DNA of 64,000 nt from an uncultured Candidatus Binatia bacterium (GCA_965218425.1 OZ244621.1:3712001-3776000); one strand, 5' to 3'. Shown: positions 18,894-28,726, counted from the first letter of the stretch. Numbers and translations are program-made. The notes: generated by a model from the sequence alone, not told the origin.

Positions 18894-19382
18894 ATGGAAC
18901 TAACCCTTTACCTCTCCCTTTTGTTTTCAGCGCTATACTTATTGGGTTTTATGGTACGCCGATTCTTTTTTGTGCGTCGTAAGGCTCAAATGGAAAGGAG
19001 AGGCCAATGGATGGGGAGGATTGTTGCTCGGGCGGAGGAGATGTCTCCGGGGTCTGTAAAAAAATTTTGGCTCGTCTGTCGAAAGGCAAGAGTCGACGGA
19101 TTTCTAATCAACTATCAAGGAAACTATCACGCCTATATCAATAGGTGCCGTCATATGACCACTCCTCTTGATTTCATCCGGTATCAGTTCTTCACCGATG
19201 ATCGCCGACACCTGATCTGCCTCACCCATGGAGCGATCTATGAGCCGGATACGGGGAAGTGCATCGATGGCCCCTGTAAAGGACTTTCCTTGATCCGTCT
19301 GCCGGTGTTGGTGGACCAGGGGGATGTGAAGGTCAGTTGTCCACAAATGGACCTTTCCACGCTGGATGACCTGGTGGATTGA
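18894..19382 (+). CDS. Rieske [2Fe-2S] ferredoxin, possibly with an N-terminal membrane anchor
   Basis: NRCRH...CLTHGA.Y...GKCIDGPC. Alternative start at 19011. Confidence 0.9.
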   Translation: MELTLYLSLLFSALYLLGFMVRRFFFVRRKAQMERRGQWMGRIVARAEEMSPGSVKKFWLVCRKARVDGFLINYQGNYHAYINRCRHMTTPLDFIRYQFFTDDRRHLICLTHGAIYEPDTGKCIDGPCKGLSLIRLPVLVDQGDVKVSCPQMDLSTLDDLVD

Positions 19383-19392
19383 GGATGAATTC

Positions 19393-19758
19393 ATGGAGAA
19401 GCCTGAGAGGGGTAAAGTGATTGGAACCACGGACGAGCTTGTGCACGGCACCACGAAGAAGTTCAATTTGAGTTGCCAAGGCAAGACCGTTGAATGTCTA
19501 CTGGCCTGCTACGAAGGGAAACTCTTTGCTTATGCGAATCGCTGTTGCCATTTTCCTTTAACCATGGATTGGGTGGATAACAATTTTTTTTCGAATGATA
19601 AACGTTATCTTATTTGTGCGAATCACGGGGCCACCTATGAGCCCACAAGCGGAGAGTGTATTTGGGGGCCTTGTTACGGTGAATTCTTGCTGAGCATCCC
19701 GATTGAGATGAGTGAGGGGAAGGTGCTCGCCTACTGTCCAAAGGACTGGATTCCATAA
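19393..19758 (+). CDS. Rieske [2Fe-2S] ferredoxin (paralogue of the upstream gene)
   Basis: NRCCH...CANHGATY...GECIWGPC. Confidence 0.9.
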   Translation: MEKPERGKVIGTTDELVHGTTKKFNLSCQGKTVECLLACYEGKLFAYANRCCHFPLTMDWVDNNFFSNDKRYLICANHGATYEPTSGECIWGPCYGEFLLSIPIEMSEGKVLAYCPKDWIP

Positions 19759-19776
19759 TCCACGGGGGAATCTAAG

Positions 19777-20121
19777 GTGAACGAGTGTATTTTTTGCGCT
19801 ATCATCAAAGGAGAGCTTAAAGGGGAGATTGTCCATCAGGACAGCTCGGTTATAGCCATAAAGGATATCAACCCTCAGGCGCCGGTCCATCTTTTGGTGA
19901 TTCCGCGCAAGCATATAGCCACGCTTTTGGATCTGGATCCCGGAGATGAAAAAATCATGGGTGATATTGTTTCAGTTGGGACCAAGCTTGCCAGGGATCG
20001 CGGTATCTTGGAAAGTGGGTTCCGCCTGGTGGCCAACTGCGGCTCCGGTGCGGGTCAAAGCGTGTTCCATATTCACTTTCACCTGTTGGGGGGGCGTCCC
20101 ATGAAGTGGCCTCCGGGATAG
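19777..20121 (+). CDS. hinT: Histidine triad (HinT-like) nucleotide-binding protein
   Basis: CIFC, DINPQAPVH and GQSVFHIHFHLLGGR...WPPG. Confidence 0.93.
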   Translation: MNECIFCAIIKGELKGEIVHQDSSVIAIKDINPQAPVHLLVIPRKHIATLLDLDPGDEKIMGDIVSVGTKLARDRGILESGFRLVANCGSGAGQSVFHIHFHLLGGRPMKWPPG

Positions 20122-20214
20122 AGTATTTTAGATTTTGAACTCTGGATTTTGGATTCCATCGAAAACCGGAAATTTAAAATCAAAAAAGGGGAAGTGATGG
20201 AGGGGGAGGAGTCT

Positions 20215-21474
20215 ATGGGAACCGTTGATTGGGAAAGTCCAGCGAGCGAGTTAGCCGTCACGCAGTTCGATATTGTGGCAGAGCGATTGAACCTTGACCC
20301 TAACGTAGCGTCCCGGCTGAGGCGGCCGGATCGGGCCTTGATTGTTAGTGTGCCCACCAGATTGGACAGTGGCCAGGTGCGTGTCTTTACCGGTTATCGG
20401 GTGCAACACAACGACGTCCTGGGGCCTTTCAAAGGGGGATTGCGATACCATCCAGGTGTCAGCCTAGGTGAGGTTTTTGCGCTGTCCATGTGGATGACGT
20501 GGAAGTGCGCCCTTGCGGGGTTGCCACTGGGTGGGGCAAAGGGTGGAGTTGCCTGCGACCCCCGAGAGCTCTCCAGGAGTGAGCTCCAAGGGATGACACG
20601 GCGCTTCACTGCGGAGATATTGAATTTTATTGGACCTGAAGTGGATATCCCGGCTCCGGATATGGGGACCAATGAACAGGTCATGGCTTGGATCATGGAT
20701 ACCTATAGCCAACACAAGGGCCACTCGGTTCCAGAGATTGTCACCGGAAAGCCGGTGGCCATCGGCGGGACCCTTGGTAGGAAGGAAGCGACGGGTCGCG
20801 GGGTGGTTTATACGGTGGTCGAAGCGGCGAAGCATTTGAAAATTGACCTGAGTCGAAGCAGCGTGGCGATTCAAGGTTTTGGCAATGTGGGCCTGGTTAC
20901 GGCCAAAGATCTTGCTCAATTGGGGGTGAAGGTCATCGCAGTGAGCGATCGGTCGGGTGGGTTGATAGATCAGCGGGGTCTTGCTTTGGAGGATTTGATT
21001 CAACATAAGGAAACAACCGGAAAGCTGGAGGGGTTTCCCCATGCCGAAAGGATTTCGGGCAAGGAGCTCCTGGAACTCGATTGCGATATTCTCATCCCCG
21101 CGGCGGATGAATTGCAGATCACTAAGGAAAATGCCAGCCGGTTGCAATGTAAGATCCTGGCTGAGGGGGCCAATGGGCCCACCAGCTTGGAGGCGGATAA
21201 AGTTCTTGAAAAGAAAGGTATCTTTATCTTACCGGATGTTTTGGCCAACGCCGGGGGAGTCATCGTCTCCTATTTTGAGTGGGTACAGGACCTGCAGAAT
21301 TTTTTCTGGACGGAGGCGGAAGTCAATTTAAAACTCAGGGAAATGATGACCCGAAGTTTCCGTGAAGTTCTGCAAATGAGCGAAAAGGAAAAAGTAGGCA
21401 TGAGACTGGCGGCTCAGATGATCGGCGTGAGCCGGGTGGCTCACGCGATGCTGTGGCGGGGGCTTTATGCATAG
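20215..21474 (+). CDS. gdhA: Glu/Leu/Phe/Val dehydrogenase (glutamate dehydrogenase)
   Basis: GPFKGGLRYHP, MTWKC, GGAKGG, PAPDMGT, GFGNVG, EGANGP and NAGGVIVSYFEWVQ. RBS GGAGGA precedes ATG 20215. Confidence 0.95.
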   Translation: MGTVDWESPASELAVTQFDIVAERLNLDPNVASRLRRPDRALIVSVPTRLDSGQVRVFTGYRVQHNDVLGPFKGGLRYHPGVSLGEVFALSMWMTWKCALAGLPLGGAKGGVACDPRELSRSELQGMTRRFTAEILNFIGPEVDIPAPDMGTNEQVMAWIMDTYSQHKGHSVPEIVTGKPVAIGGTLGRKEATGRGVVYTVVEAAKHLKIDLSRSSVAIQGFGNVGLVTAKDLAQLGVKVIAVSDRSGGLIDQRGLALEDLIQHKETTGKLEGFPHAERISGKELLELDCDILIPAADELQITKENASRLQCKILAEGANGPTSLEADKVLEKKGIFILPDVLANAGGVIVSYFEWVQDLQNFFWTEAEVNLKLREMMTRSFREVLQMSEKEKVGMRLAAQMIGVSRVAHAMLWRGLYA

Positions 21475-21572
21475 CAGGGCACGGTGTTATGGTGCATTGG
21501 CTAAAGCCAGCGGGATTGAGGGTCGAACCCCGGCATTGACTGTTGACCATTAAATTTTTACAAATTGACATT

Positions 21573-22136
21573 ATGCTTATCAACGCGACACAGCTTAGAA
21601 CAGGAATGTTGATCATCTATAACGGGGATCTGTACCGGGTCACTGCAATAAAACACATGACCCCTGGTAACAAACGCGGGTTTGTGCAGACCAAGATGAA
21701 AAGCGTCCGCACCGGCGTGGGGACAGAGAACCGGTTTCGCTCGGAAGATAAAATCGAGCGAGCGACCTTGGATACACGACCTATGCAGTATCTTTATGGA
21801 GAAGGAGGTCTCCATACCTTCATGGATACGGGGAATTTTGAACAGATCACGTTATCCGGGGAGGAAATCGGAGAAATCCTGCACTATCTTCTTCCCAGTC
21901 TAGTGGTTGAGGTGGAGTTTTTTGAGGGAAATCCCGTGGGGATGAACCCTCCCGCCACCGTGGATCTAGAGGTGGTGGATACGGAGCCGGTTCTAAAGGG
22001 CGCTACGGCCAGCGCCTCCTATAAACCCGCCAGGATGGAGACAGGGATTACTCTCCAGGTTCCCCCATTTATTCAGATCGGCGACCGGGTTCGTGTGGAT
22101 CCTTCTGAGGGTCGATATCTGGAGCGAGTGAAGTAG
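21573..22136 (+). CDS. efp: Elongation factor P
   Basis: TPGNKRGFVQ, MQYLY, KGATA, KPARMETG, VPPFI and GRYLER. Confidence 0.96.
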   Translation: MLINATQLRTGMLIIYNGDLYRVTAIKHMTPGNKRGFVQTKMKSVRTGVGTENRFRSEDKIERATLDTRPMQYLYGEGGLHTFMDTGNFEQITLSGEEIGEILHYLLPSLVVEVEFFEGNPVGMNPPATVDLEVVDTEPVLKGATASASYKPARMETGITLQVPPFIQIGDRVRVDPSEGRYLERVK

Positions 22137-22725
22137 AGATTATTTCCTGCCAGACTTTCCTCGCCTTTGGTTTGAGTTCGTGAAGTTCGCCGGAGTTGTC
22201 GATAACGAAATCGGCGAGCTTTTCTTTTTCCCTTAAGCTCATCTGGGCTCGCAAATGATTTTCAATCTCATCATGGCTGAGACCGTCCCTCTCTCGAAGT
22301 CTCTTTTTCTGAGTGGCTAGATCGCAGGACACTAAAATTACGGGACGGAGCCATAGGTGGACTTTGTTCTCGAAGTACAAGGGCGCCATGTATACGATGA
22401 CCTTTCCACCTGCGGCAGCTAATTGGGCTATTTTTTTCTCGGCCAGCTCGCGAATCCGGGGGTGAGTGATGGAGTTTAGCCGCTTTCGTTTTTGCACATC
22501 GCTAAAAACGATCTTTCGTAGTTTTTCGCGATTGATGGTTTGATCCTCTTGGAGGATATCCCGCCCAAAGGTCCCCACAATATCGTGCCATGCCCTTTGT
22601 CCGGGTTGGACGATTTCGCGGGCAATCTCATCTGCGTCCACCACCTTTGCCCCAAGCTCCTGTAACAGGTGAGCCACGGTGCTTTTCCCAGTGGCTATCC
22701 CTCCGGTTAGACCTATGATCTTCAT
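22069..22725 (-). CDS. coaE: Dephospho-CoA kinase
   Basis: IIGLTGGIATGKST, DADEIA, THPRI and ADFVIDN. Confidence 0.95.
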   Translation of the reverse strand: MKIIGLTGGIATGKSTVAHLLQELGAKVVDADEIAREIVQPGQRAWHDIVGTFGRDILQEDQTINREKLRKIVFSDVQKRKRLNSITHPRIRELAEKKIAQLAAAGGKVIVYMAPLYFENKVHLWLRPVILVSCDLATQKKRLRERDGLSHDEIENHLRAQMSLREKEKLADFVIDNSGELHELKPKARKVWQEIISTSLAPDIDPQKDPHEPGRRSE

Positions 22726-22794
22726 AAGGAGCAGGCCAATTGCCAGCTAACAATCAACTTCCAATGGCATATCTCTCTATGATACACAATAAGC

Positions 22795-24609
22795 ATGTCT
22801 TACCAAAGCCTGGCCGAGCTATTCGTATCTCAGGTAGACCTTCACCGGGACAGGGTTCTTTACCGGTTTCCTCTCAGGGAAGGGTGGCAAACATACACCT
22901 GGGCTGAGAGCCTGGAACTGGTGCGGGAGATTGCCCTTGGTCTCGTGTCTCTTGGGATCAAGAAGGGGGACCGGGTCGCCATCTACTCGGCCAACCGGGT
23001 AGAGTGGAGCCTCATCGATTGGGCTAACATCTGTATCGGGGCACTTACGGTTCCCGTGTATGCCTCAAGTACCCCGGCGGAAGTCCATCGATTGTTAGAG
23101 CATTCCGAATCTATTCTGCTATTTGTGGATACCTCCGAGCGATGGGCAAAACTAAACTCTTCTGATCCTTCCGCTCCTTCTTTGAAAAGCGTTGTCTTGA
23201 TCGACTCGCCAAATGGGGAAGCTTCCCCTAGGTCCGAGGCCCTCAAGCTGTTTTCCCTGGACAGAATTCGGGAGCTGGGAAGGCAGAATGCCGTGGCAAA
23301 CAAGGATTCCTTTGACCAGATGGTTCATTCTCTTCGTCCCCAAGACGACCTTACCATCGTCTACACCTCGGGGACCACAGGTGATCCCAAGGGGGTCCTT
23401 ACCACTCACGGCCACTACCTGTTTATGGTGGAAGCCGCTGCGATGGCAATCCCATCCATCGAAGAAGAAGTGACGATGCAGTTCTTGCCCTTTGCGCACT
23501 CTTTTGGACGCCTGGAACATTTCATGGTTGTGGCAAAGGGATACACCTGTGGATTTGCCCGTTCCATGGAAACCCTTTCCAGGGATTTTCTGGTGATTCG
23601 CCCAACCATGCTCTTTTCGGTGCCGCGAATTTACGAGAACGTTTATAGCCGAATAAAATCCAGGGCCGCCGGCAGCGGATTTCTTCGCAGGTGGATTTTC
23701 CAATGGGCATTATGGGTGGGAAAACAGTTTAGCCGTCGGCAGATTGATCAAAGCAGAATCTCCTGGGGGCTGAGAATGGCACAATCCATTGCCCATAAGC
23801 TCGTATTTGCCAAAATTCACGACGCCTTTGGGGGCCGGTTACGATTGGCCATATCGGGGGGAGCTCCATTGGCTCCGGAAATTGCCGAGTTTTTTCATGC
23901 CGTGGGAATCCTGGTGCTGGAGGGATATGGACTCACTGAGACCTCAACGGTGTCCCATGTGAATCGAGCCAACCGGTATCGGTTTGGGACGGTGGGCTTT
24001 CCCTTGGATGGGGTGGAGTGCCGTATCGCGTCGGATGGGGAAATTCTACTACGCGGTCGGAACATCTTTAAGGGTTACTACCGGGATCCACAGGGGACGC
24101 GGGATGTTCTAGACGCTGATGGGTGGTTTCATACCATGGATGTGGGAGAGATCGATGAAGACGGATTCCTCCGCATCACCGATCGTAAAAAGGATCTGAT
24201 CGTGACCTCTGGGGGTAAAAAAATAGCTCCGCAAATGATTGAGAACCTTCTAAAGACCGATCCTCTGTTCAGTCAGGTTATGGTCCTGGGAGACCGCAGT
24301 AGTCATCTGATTGCACTGATCACGTTGGATGGAAGCCAAGTCATGGATTGGGCGCGGCAACAGGGATTGGAGCTTAGTGGAGTCGAGGAGGCAGCCACCC
24401 ATCCCAAGGTGGTAGCCCTGGTAAGGGAGAGGATTCGGCAGAAAAACAAAGGACTTGCTTCATTTGAAGCCATCAGGGATTTTCGCATCCTTCCCCACGA
24501 TTTCACTCTTGGGCAAGGTGAGCTTACGCCCACCCTGAAATTAAGGCGGCAGATTGTCATGGAGCACTGGAAAGAAGTGGTGGAGGATATGACAAAGAAA
24601 GGAGCCTGA
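22795..24609 (+). CDS. fadD: Long-chain fatty acid-CoA ligase
   Basis: YTSGTTGDPKG, EGYGLTET, ITDRKKDL and ELTPTLK. Confidence 0.92.
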   Translation: MSYQSLAELFVSQVDLHRDRVLYRFPLREGWQTYTWAESLELVREIALGLVSLGIKKGDRVAIYSANRVEWSLIDWANICIGALTVPVYASSTPAEVHRLLEHSESILLFVDTSERWAKLNSSDPSAPSLKSVVLIDSPNGEASPRSEALKLFSLDRIRELGRQNAVANKDSFDQMVHSLRPQDDLTIVYTSGTTGDPKGVLTTHGHYLFMVEAAAMAIPSIEEEVTMQFLPFAHSFGRLEHFMVVAKGYTCGFARSMETLSRDFLVIRPTMLFSVPRIYENVYSRIKSRAAGSGFLRRWIFQWALWVGKQFSRRQIDQSRISWGLRMAQSIAHKLVFAKIHDAFGGRLRLAISGGAPLAPEIAEFFHAVGILVLEGYGLTETSTVSHVNRANRYRFGTVGFPLDGVECRIASDGEILLRGRNIFKGYYRDPQGTRDVLDADGWFHTMDVGEIDEDGFLRITDRKKDLIVTSGGKKIAPQMIENLLKTDPLFSQVMVLGDRSSHLIALITLDGSQVMDWARQQGLELSGVEEAATHPKVVALVRERIRQKNKGLASFEAIRDFRILPHDFTLGQGELTPTLKLRRQIVMEHWKEVVEDMTKKGA

Positions 24610-24698
24610 GATTTTATAATAGCATTTTAATTTCTTTGCCATAAGAGCACTCGCCTCAAAGGGGGGCTATCCGAAAATAAAATAGCAGCCGTCTTTCA

Positions 24699-24842
24699 GT
24701 GAAGAAAAAATGCTTCTGGTAGAAGATAACCCTGCAACCATGGACATTATTCAGACAGAGCTTGGGTTTTTGGACCATGACACTCTGGTTGCGGACGATG
24801 GAAAAAGGCGGTGGAAATGGCAGAGAGGGATCTGGCTGTAAA
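24699..24842 (+). pseudogene. Response-regulator receiver domain remnant
   Basis: GTG AAG AAA AAA, then a frameshift into LLVEDNPATMDIIQTELGFLDHDTLVADDG, then another into KAVEMAE. This is a CheY-like N-terminus with two frameshifts in A tracts and a truncation. Confidence 0.6.
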
Positions 24843-25090
24843 AAGATGATTGATTGGTTCACATAACTCTTTCACGACCAAGGTGGGGTTTTTTGACACT
24901 GCCGGGCATACTCTGCCAGCGGTCCCGAGGCTTTCCTGATTTCGATCTGGAAGGCTTGAGGGAGTATGAGCAGTCGGGGGTCCACTATCAAAAAAATTTG
25001 TAGCCCTTACTGCTCACAGGAATCGAGCCCTGGCGAATAGGGTGGAGGATCACCTCCGAGCGCTCTCCCAGCAAAAGAGGTAAAAGATCA

Positions 25091-25363
25091 ATGAGTGAAT
25101 CCAGGCCGAAAGTCATTGTTTATACCAAAGATTATTGTGCCTTTTGTCGACATGCCAAGGCCCTTCTAAGCTCCAAAGGTGTGGAGTTTGAAGAGATCAA
25201 TATTGAAAATGATGAATCCCTGCAGGATGAAGTAAGGCGTAAGTCGGGGCGCTTCACTGTCCCGCAGATATTTGTGGACGGACTACCCCTTGGGGGCTAC
25301 CAGGAAATACAGGTGCTGGATCTGCGTGGCGAACTGGACGAAATATTAAAGGTGCAGTCCTGA
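25091..25363 (+). CDS. grxC: Glutaredoxin 3
   Basis: YTKDYCAFC, TVPQIF and GG. Confidence 0.9.
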   Translation: MSESRPKVIVYTKDYCAFCRHAKALLSSKGVEFEEINIENDESLQDEVRRKSGRFTVPQIFVDGLPLGGYQEIQVLDLRGELDEILKVQS

Positions 25364-26143
25364 TCCCATTCCCCCAGGCTAGGATAGCCACTAGAGGCCT
25401 TAAACTATGGTTTTGAATCAATCCCTCCCGAATCGTTTTGGCATTTAAAACAACTTCGCAATTTTTTTCCGGACATTTTCTACCTCTTTTTTTGATCATC
25501 TGGTATGCGCTTCGCCTATTTGCAAGCCTCCTGGCGCAATATTTAGGTTAAGTAGTTAATTCAAGGGCCGAAACTAGCCTATTTTACAGATGGAATAGGG
25601 GTAGGCCTGGTACTAGGAGCACAAATTTTTAAGGAACTGGACTGTCCCTAGGGGATCGTTCCCTGACGGTTTCCCCCATGAGACACCCGGTTGTATCTGC
25701 GGACCAGGTGGTTCCCAGGGAAGCATCCGATTCCCTGGTACACCTTTCAGCTCAAACACAGAGGGTAGATTCCGCACAGGCTACGGCATCCGTAACGGTG
25801 GCGGAGGAATCCGAGGCCAGGGTGATCCTATCGGATGAATTGGATGCGCCACCGCAGTGAGGTTCGCTGAAATTTCAGAAGCTGAAGTAAACGGCAAGCC
25901 ATCGGTTACAGTCTAGCAAGGTTGGCTAAGGAGTTGGGGGTTACGATTCGCACGGTCTCTAGGTAGGAACATGGCGATTCCCCTCTGCCGAAAATCGCGG
26001 GGCTGGCACTAGGAACTGTTGTCGGAGAGGCAAATGGAAAATGATTGGGCAAGGGGCTAGCAGGGGGGCCGTTTCATGGCCCGGAGCACAAGTGAGTTTA
26101 GCGAATTGCAGCTGCGTTGGTTTGAGTGCAGTCGGACAAGACT

Positions 26144-26219
26144 TGGAGGCGGCGGGCGGATTCGAACCGCCGCATCGAGGTTTTGCAGACCTCTCCCTTA
26201 ACCACTTGGGTACGCCGCC
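26144..26219 (-). tRNA. tRNA-Cys(GCA)
   Basis: GGCGGCGTACCCAAGTGGTTAAGGGAGAGGTCTGCAAAACCTCGATGCGGCGGTTCGAATCCGCCCGCCGCCTCCA folds as a cloverleaf with anticodon GCA and an encoded CCA. Confidence 0.97.
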
Positions 26220-26346
26220 TTAGAATCGATCTTACACAGACTTTGCTGGACTTTCAACGTGGCGCTATAAAACGTTGACAATAGCAGTGGATGAAGTAAT
26301 TTAGAGAGGTAAAAAACAACCAAAGGCAAAGGAACGGGCGGAAAAC

Positions 26347-27372
26347 ATGGAGGAAACAGACAACAAGCGTGAAGTAAATTCAGAAGAAGAAGAGGCTTCC
26401 AGCAACGAGGCGGCTACACAGATCAATGACCAGCCGACCCCCAGTGTCCCTCAAGGGGGGGTGCCTGCCAATGAGTCCCCTAAGCAAAGGACTTTCCCAG
26501 GAGAAATTCCTGTTTCCTTTCAAGAGAGTTTGCAACGAATCCCCCAGAAAGAACGCAGAGAGAGGGATATTCTAACTCTGTTGATGCAGCCCGTTCTGGG
26601 AGCTTTGCCAAATCAGTTAAAGCGGGATTTAGAAACCACAGTGGGGAACCGAATCATCTTCTCCGCTGCGGCAGCCACCGGATTGAACATACTGCTAAAT
26701 CTCCTGGGCTATCCTGTCTTGATGATGCTGGTTGCCATTGGCTTGAATGGAGTAGATGTGGTTTTCAGTCAAAAGCTCAATGGGTTCATCCTGTTGGGAC
26801 TTTTTATAGGGTTTCTGGAAGGGTTTTACCGGATCAAAGAGGGTCTCTTGCACGCGAAGCCGGTGGAAGAAATGATCCTTAGAGGTTCCTTCTACGGAGG
26901 TCCTCTTTCCCCAGTGGCTCCCTGGTTTGCGGGCCGGCCGAAATTGCTGCGTGACATTCCGGTTCCAGTGGAAGGCTTCTATGAGAAGGGGTTCGTGGAC
27001 AAAGTCGAACGTGAGAGACGCTACGGTCATGCGTACACCATCGAGGATTTGGGGGCTGCCTATCACCTTCGACTGGAATTTCCAAGAAGGGTTCCCGATA
27101 TTGCCCTGCTTGCGAACTCCGATCTTTCTTCGGAAATGCCGGATTATGATTATGATCTGAACTTGAAAGATGGTCATTTTGTCGTCAAGGGAAAGTTGAC
27201 GGACGAACGGGTCAGGCGGTTCTGCGGGAGCGTGGGTGCTTTTCCGGGAGAATTCACGACGGTTATTCCTCTGGAAGAAGCCGTTGAGGGCTTTTCCCAC
27301 CGATTCGAGAACAAGCTTCTCGAAGTGCTCCTTATAAAGGGCAGGGTTGATGGTGAATCCATGGGGGCATAG
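26347..27372 (+). CDS. Hypothetical membrane protein with C-terminal Hsp20/alpha-crystallin-like domain
   Basis: Acidic disordered N-terminus and 2 hydrophobic helices. The C-terminus (YTIEDLGAAYHLRLEFP...HFVVKGK...FTTVIPL...FENKLLEVLLIK) resembles an Hsp20 beta-sandwich. Confidence 0.7.
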   Translation: MEETDNKREVNSEEEEASSNEAATQINDQPTPSVPQGGVPANESPKQRTFPGEIPVSFQESLQRIPQKERRERDILTLLMQPVLGALPNQLKRDLETTVGNRIIFSAAAATGLNILLNLLGYPVLMMLVAIGLNGVDVVFSQKLNGFILLGLFIGFLEGFYRIKEGLLHAKPVEEMILRGSFYGGPLSPVAPWFAGRPKLLRDIPVPVEGFYEKGFVDKVERERRYGHAYTIEDLGAAYHLRLEFPRRVPDIALLANSDLSSEMPDYDYDLNLKDGHFVVKGKLTDERVRRFCGSVGAFPGEFTTVIPLEEAVEGFSHRFENKLLEVLLIKGRVDGESMGA

Positions 27373-27382
27373 AAAATTCAGC

Positions 27383-27892
27383 ATGGAAGGAGCTAGGGAA
27401 AAAGTCCACGATAAGTCGGAAACCATAGGTTTTCCTGGAATCGAACATCCTGTGGCGCTCAGGGAGGTGAAATTAGCAGATATCGACCAGATGATGGCCA
27501 TTGAACGGGCCTCCTTCACCAGCCCATGGAGTGCCCGTTTCTTTCTTAAGGAAATTCGCGTTTCCTATGCGAAATCCGTTCTGGCGGAGGTAGAAGGACA
27601 GATCGTTGGGTATATCATTTACTGGCAATTACCCAAGGAAGCGGATATTCACAATCTTGCGGTTCACCCTTCCCATCGAAGGCGGGGGATCGGCCGCTCC
27701 TTGCTCACCACGGCCATTGATGGCGCGAAGGGTCAGGGCTCCGATCGGGTCACCCTGGAGGTTCGAAAATCCAATCAAGCAGCGCAGCAACTTTACCAGT
27801 CCCTGGGATTTGAAGAACGTGGTGTCCGGAAAGGTTATTATTCGGATGACGGAGAGGATGCGTTGGTGATGGTCCTCGACCTCGATGGATAA
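27383..27892 (+). CDS. rimI: Ribosomal protein S18-alanine N-acetyltransferase
   Basis: IERASFTSPW, NLAVHP..RRRGIG, LEVRKSN..A..LY...GF and RKGYY..GEDALVM. Confidence 0.92.
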   Translation: MEGAREKVHDKSETIGFPGIEHPVALREVKLADIDQMMAIERASFTSPWSARFFLKEIRVSYAKSVLAEVEGQIVGYIIYWQLPKEADIHNLAVHPSHRRRGIGRSLLTTAIDGAKGQGSDRVTLEVRKSNQAAQQLYQSLGFEERGVRKGYYSDDGEDALVMVLDLDG

Positions 27893-27998
27893 CTAGATTT
27901 TACTTTAAGTTTGCTAGATTTAAATCAAAGTATTACATTCTTTTATACTATTTAAGCTATTGAAATAATTAATTATTATATTTAGTTAACCCCAACCC

Positions 27999-28027
27999 TT
28001 GACTGCGATCCTCGCGCGTAGTATAAG
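27999..28027 (+). promoter_or_regulatory. Putative carD promoter
   Basis: TTGACT-N17-TATAAG, with an AT-rich region upstream. Confidence 0.5.
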
Positions 28028-28243
28028 AAGTGTTGCTATTTTTAGCGGTCAGTTCTTTCTGGCCGCTTTTGTTTTTCTTCTTTCTTGTTATGGTAGGACG
28101 GAACTTAATTTTTCCAGCTATGTGGGTTACCTGTTTTAGGGCCAATTTCCTACCAAACCGGTCATTTCATCACAGTATCGTACTAACTTCACAGTCTCTC
28201 GCGACTGCTGCGATCCATACGGGAAATCTTATAGGAGGACCAT

Positions 28244-28726
28244 ATGTTTAAAGTCGGAGAGAAGGTGGTGTATCCTGCACACGGGGTAGGACAAATCGAA
28301 GCGGTACGTACGCAAGCGATTTCGGGGCTCCCAAAAAAGTTTTATATGCTGAGAATCCTTGATACCGACATGAAAATCATGATCCCTATCGACAATGTGG
28401 AGTCCGTCGGGTTGAGAAAAGTCATTGACAAACAGATGGTTTCTCGAGTCTATAAGGTTTTACGTCAAAAGAAGGTGGAGACGGACCAACAGACCTGGAA
28501 TCGACGCTATCGAGAATATACTGAAAAAATCAAGACAGGTTCCGTATTGGAAATCGCCACAGTGCTTCGGGACCTATTTCTTCTTAAGGGAGATAAAGAG
28601 CTTTCCTTCGGTGAAAGAAAAGTATTGGATACTGCTAGAAACCTTCTGGTCAAGGAGCTTTCCATCGCGCGCTCCCACTCGGAGCAGAGAATTATGGACG
28701 AATTGCGTCACATCTTCACCTCCTAG
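28244..28726 (+). CDS. carD: CarD/CdnL RNA polymerase-binding transcription factor
   Basis: FKVGEKVVYPAHGVG, TWNRRYRE and LSFGERK. Confidence 0.95.
   Translation: MFKVGEKVVYPAHGVGQIEAVRTQAISGLPKKFYMLRILDTDMKIMIPIDNVESVGLRKVIDKQMVSRVYKVLRQKKVETDQQTWNRRYREYTEKIKTGSVLEIATVLRDLFLLKGDKELSFGERKVLDTARNLLVKELSIARSHSEQRIMDELRHIFTS

Noticed and set aside
22069..22136. 68-bp convergent overlap of efp and coaE
   Set aside because: Most simply explained by a non-conserved C-terminal extension of CoaE; common and not evidently functional.
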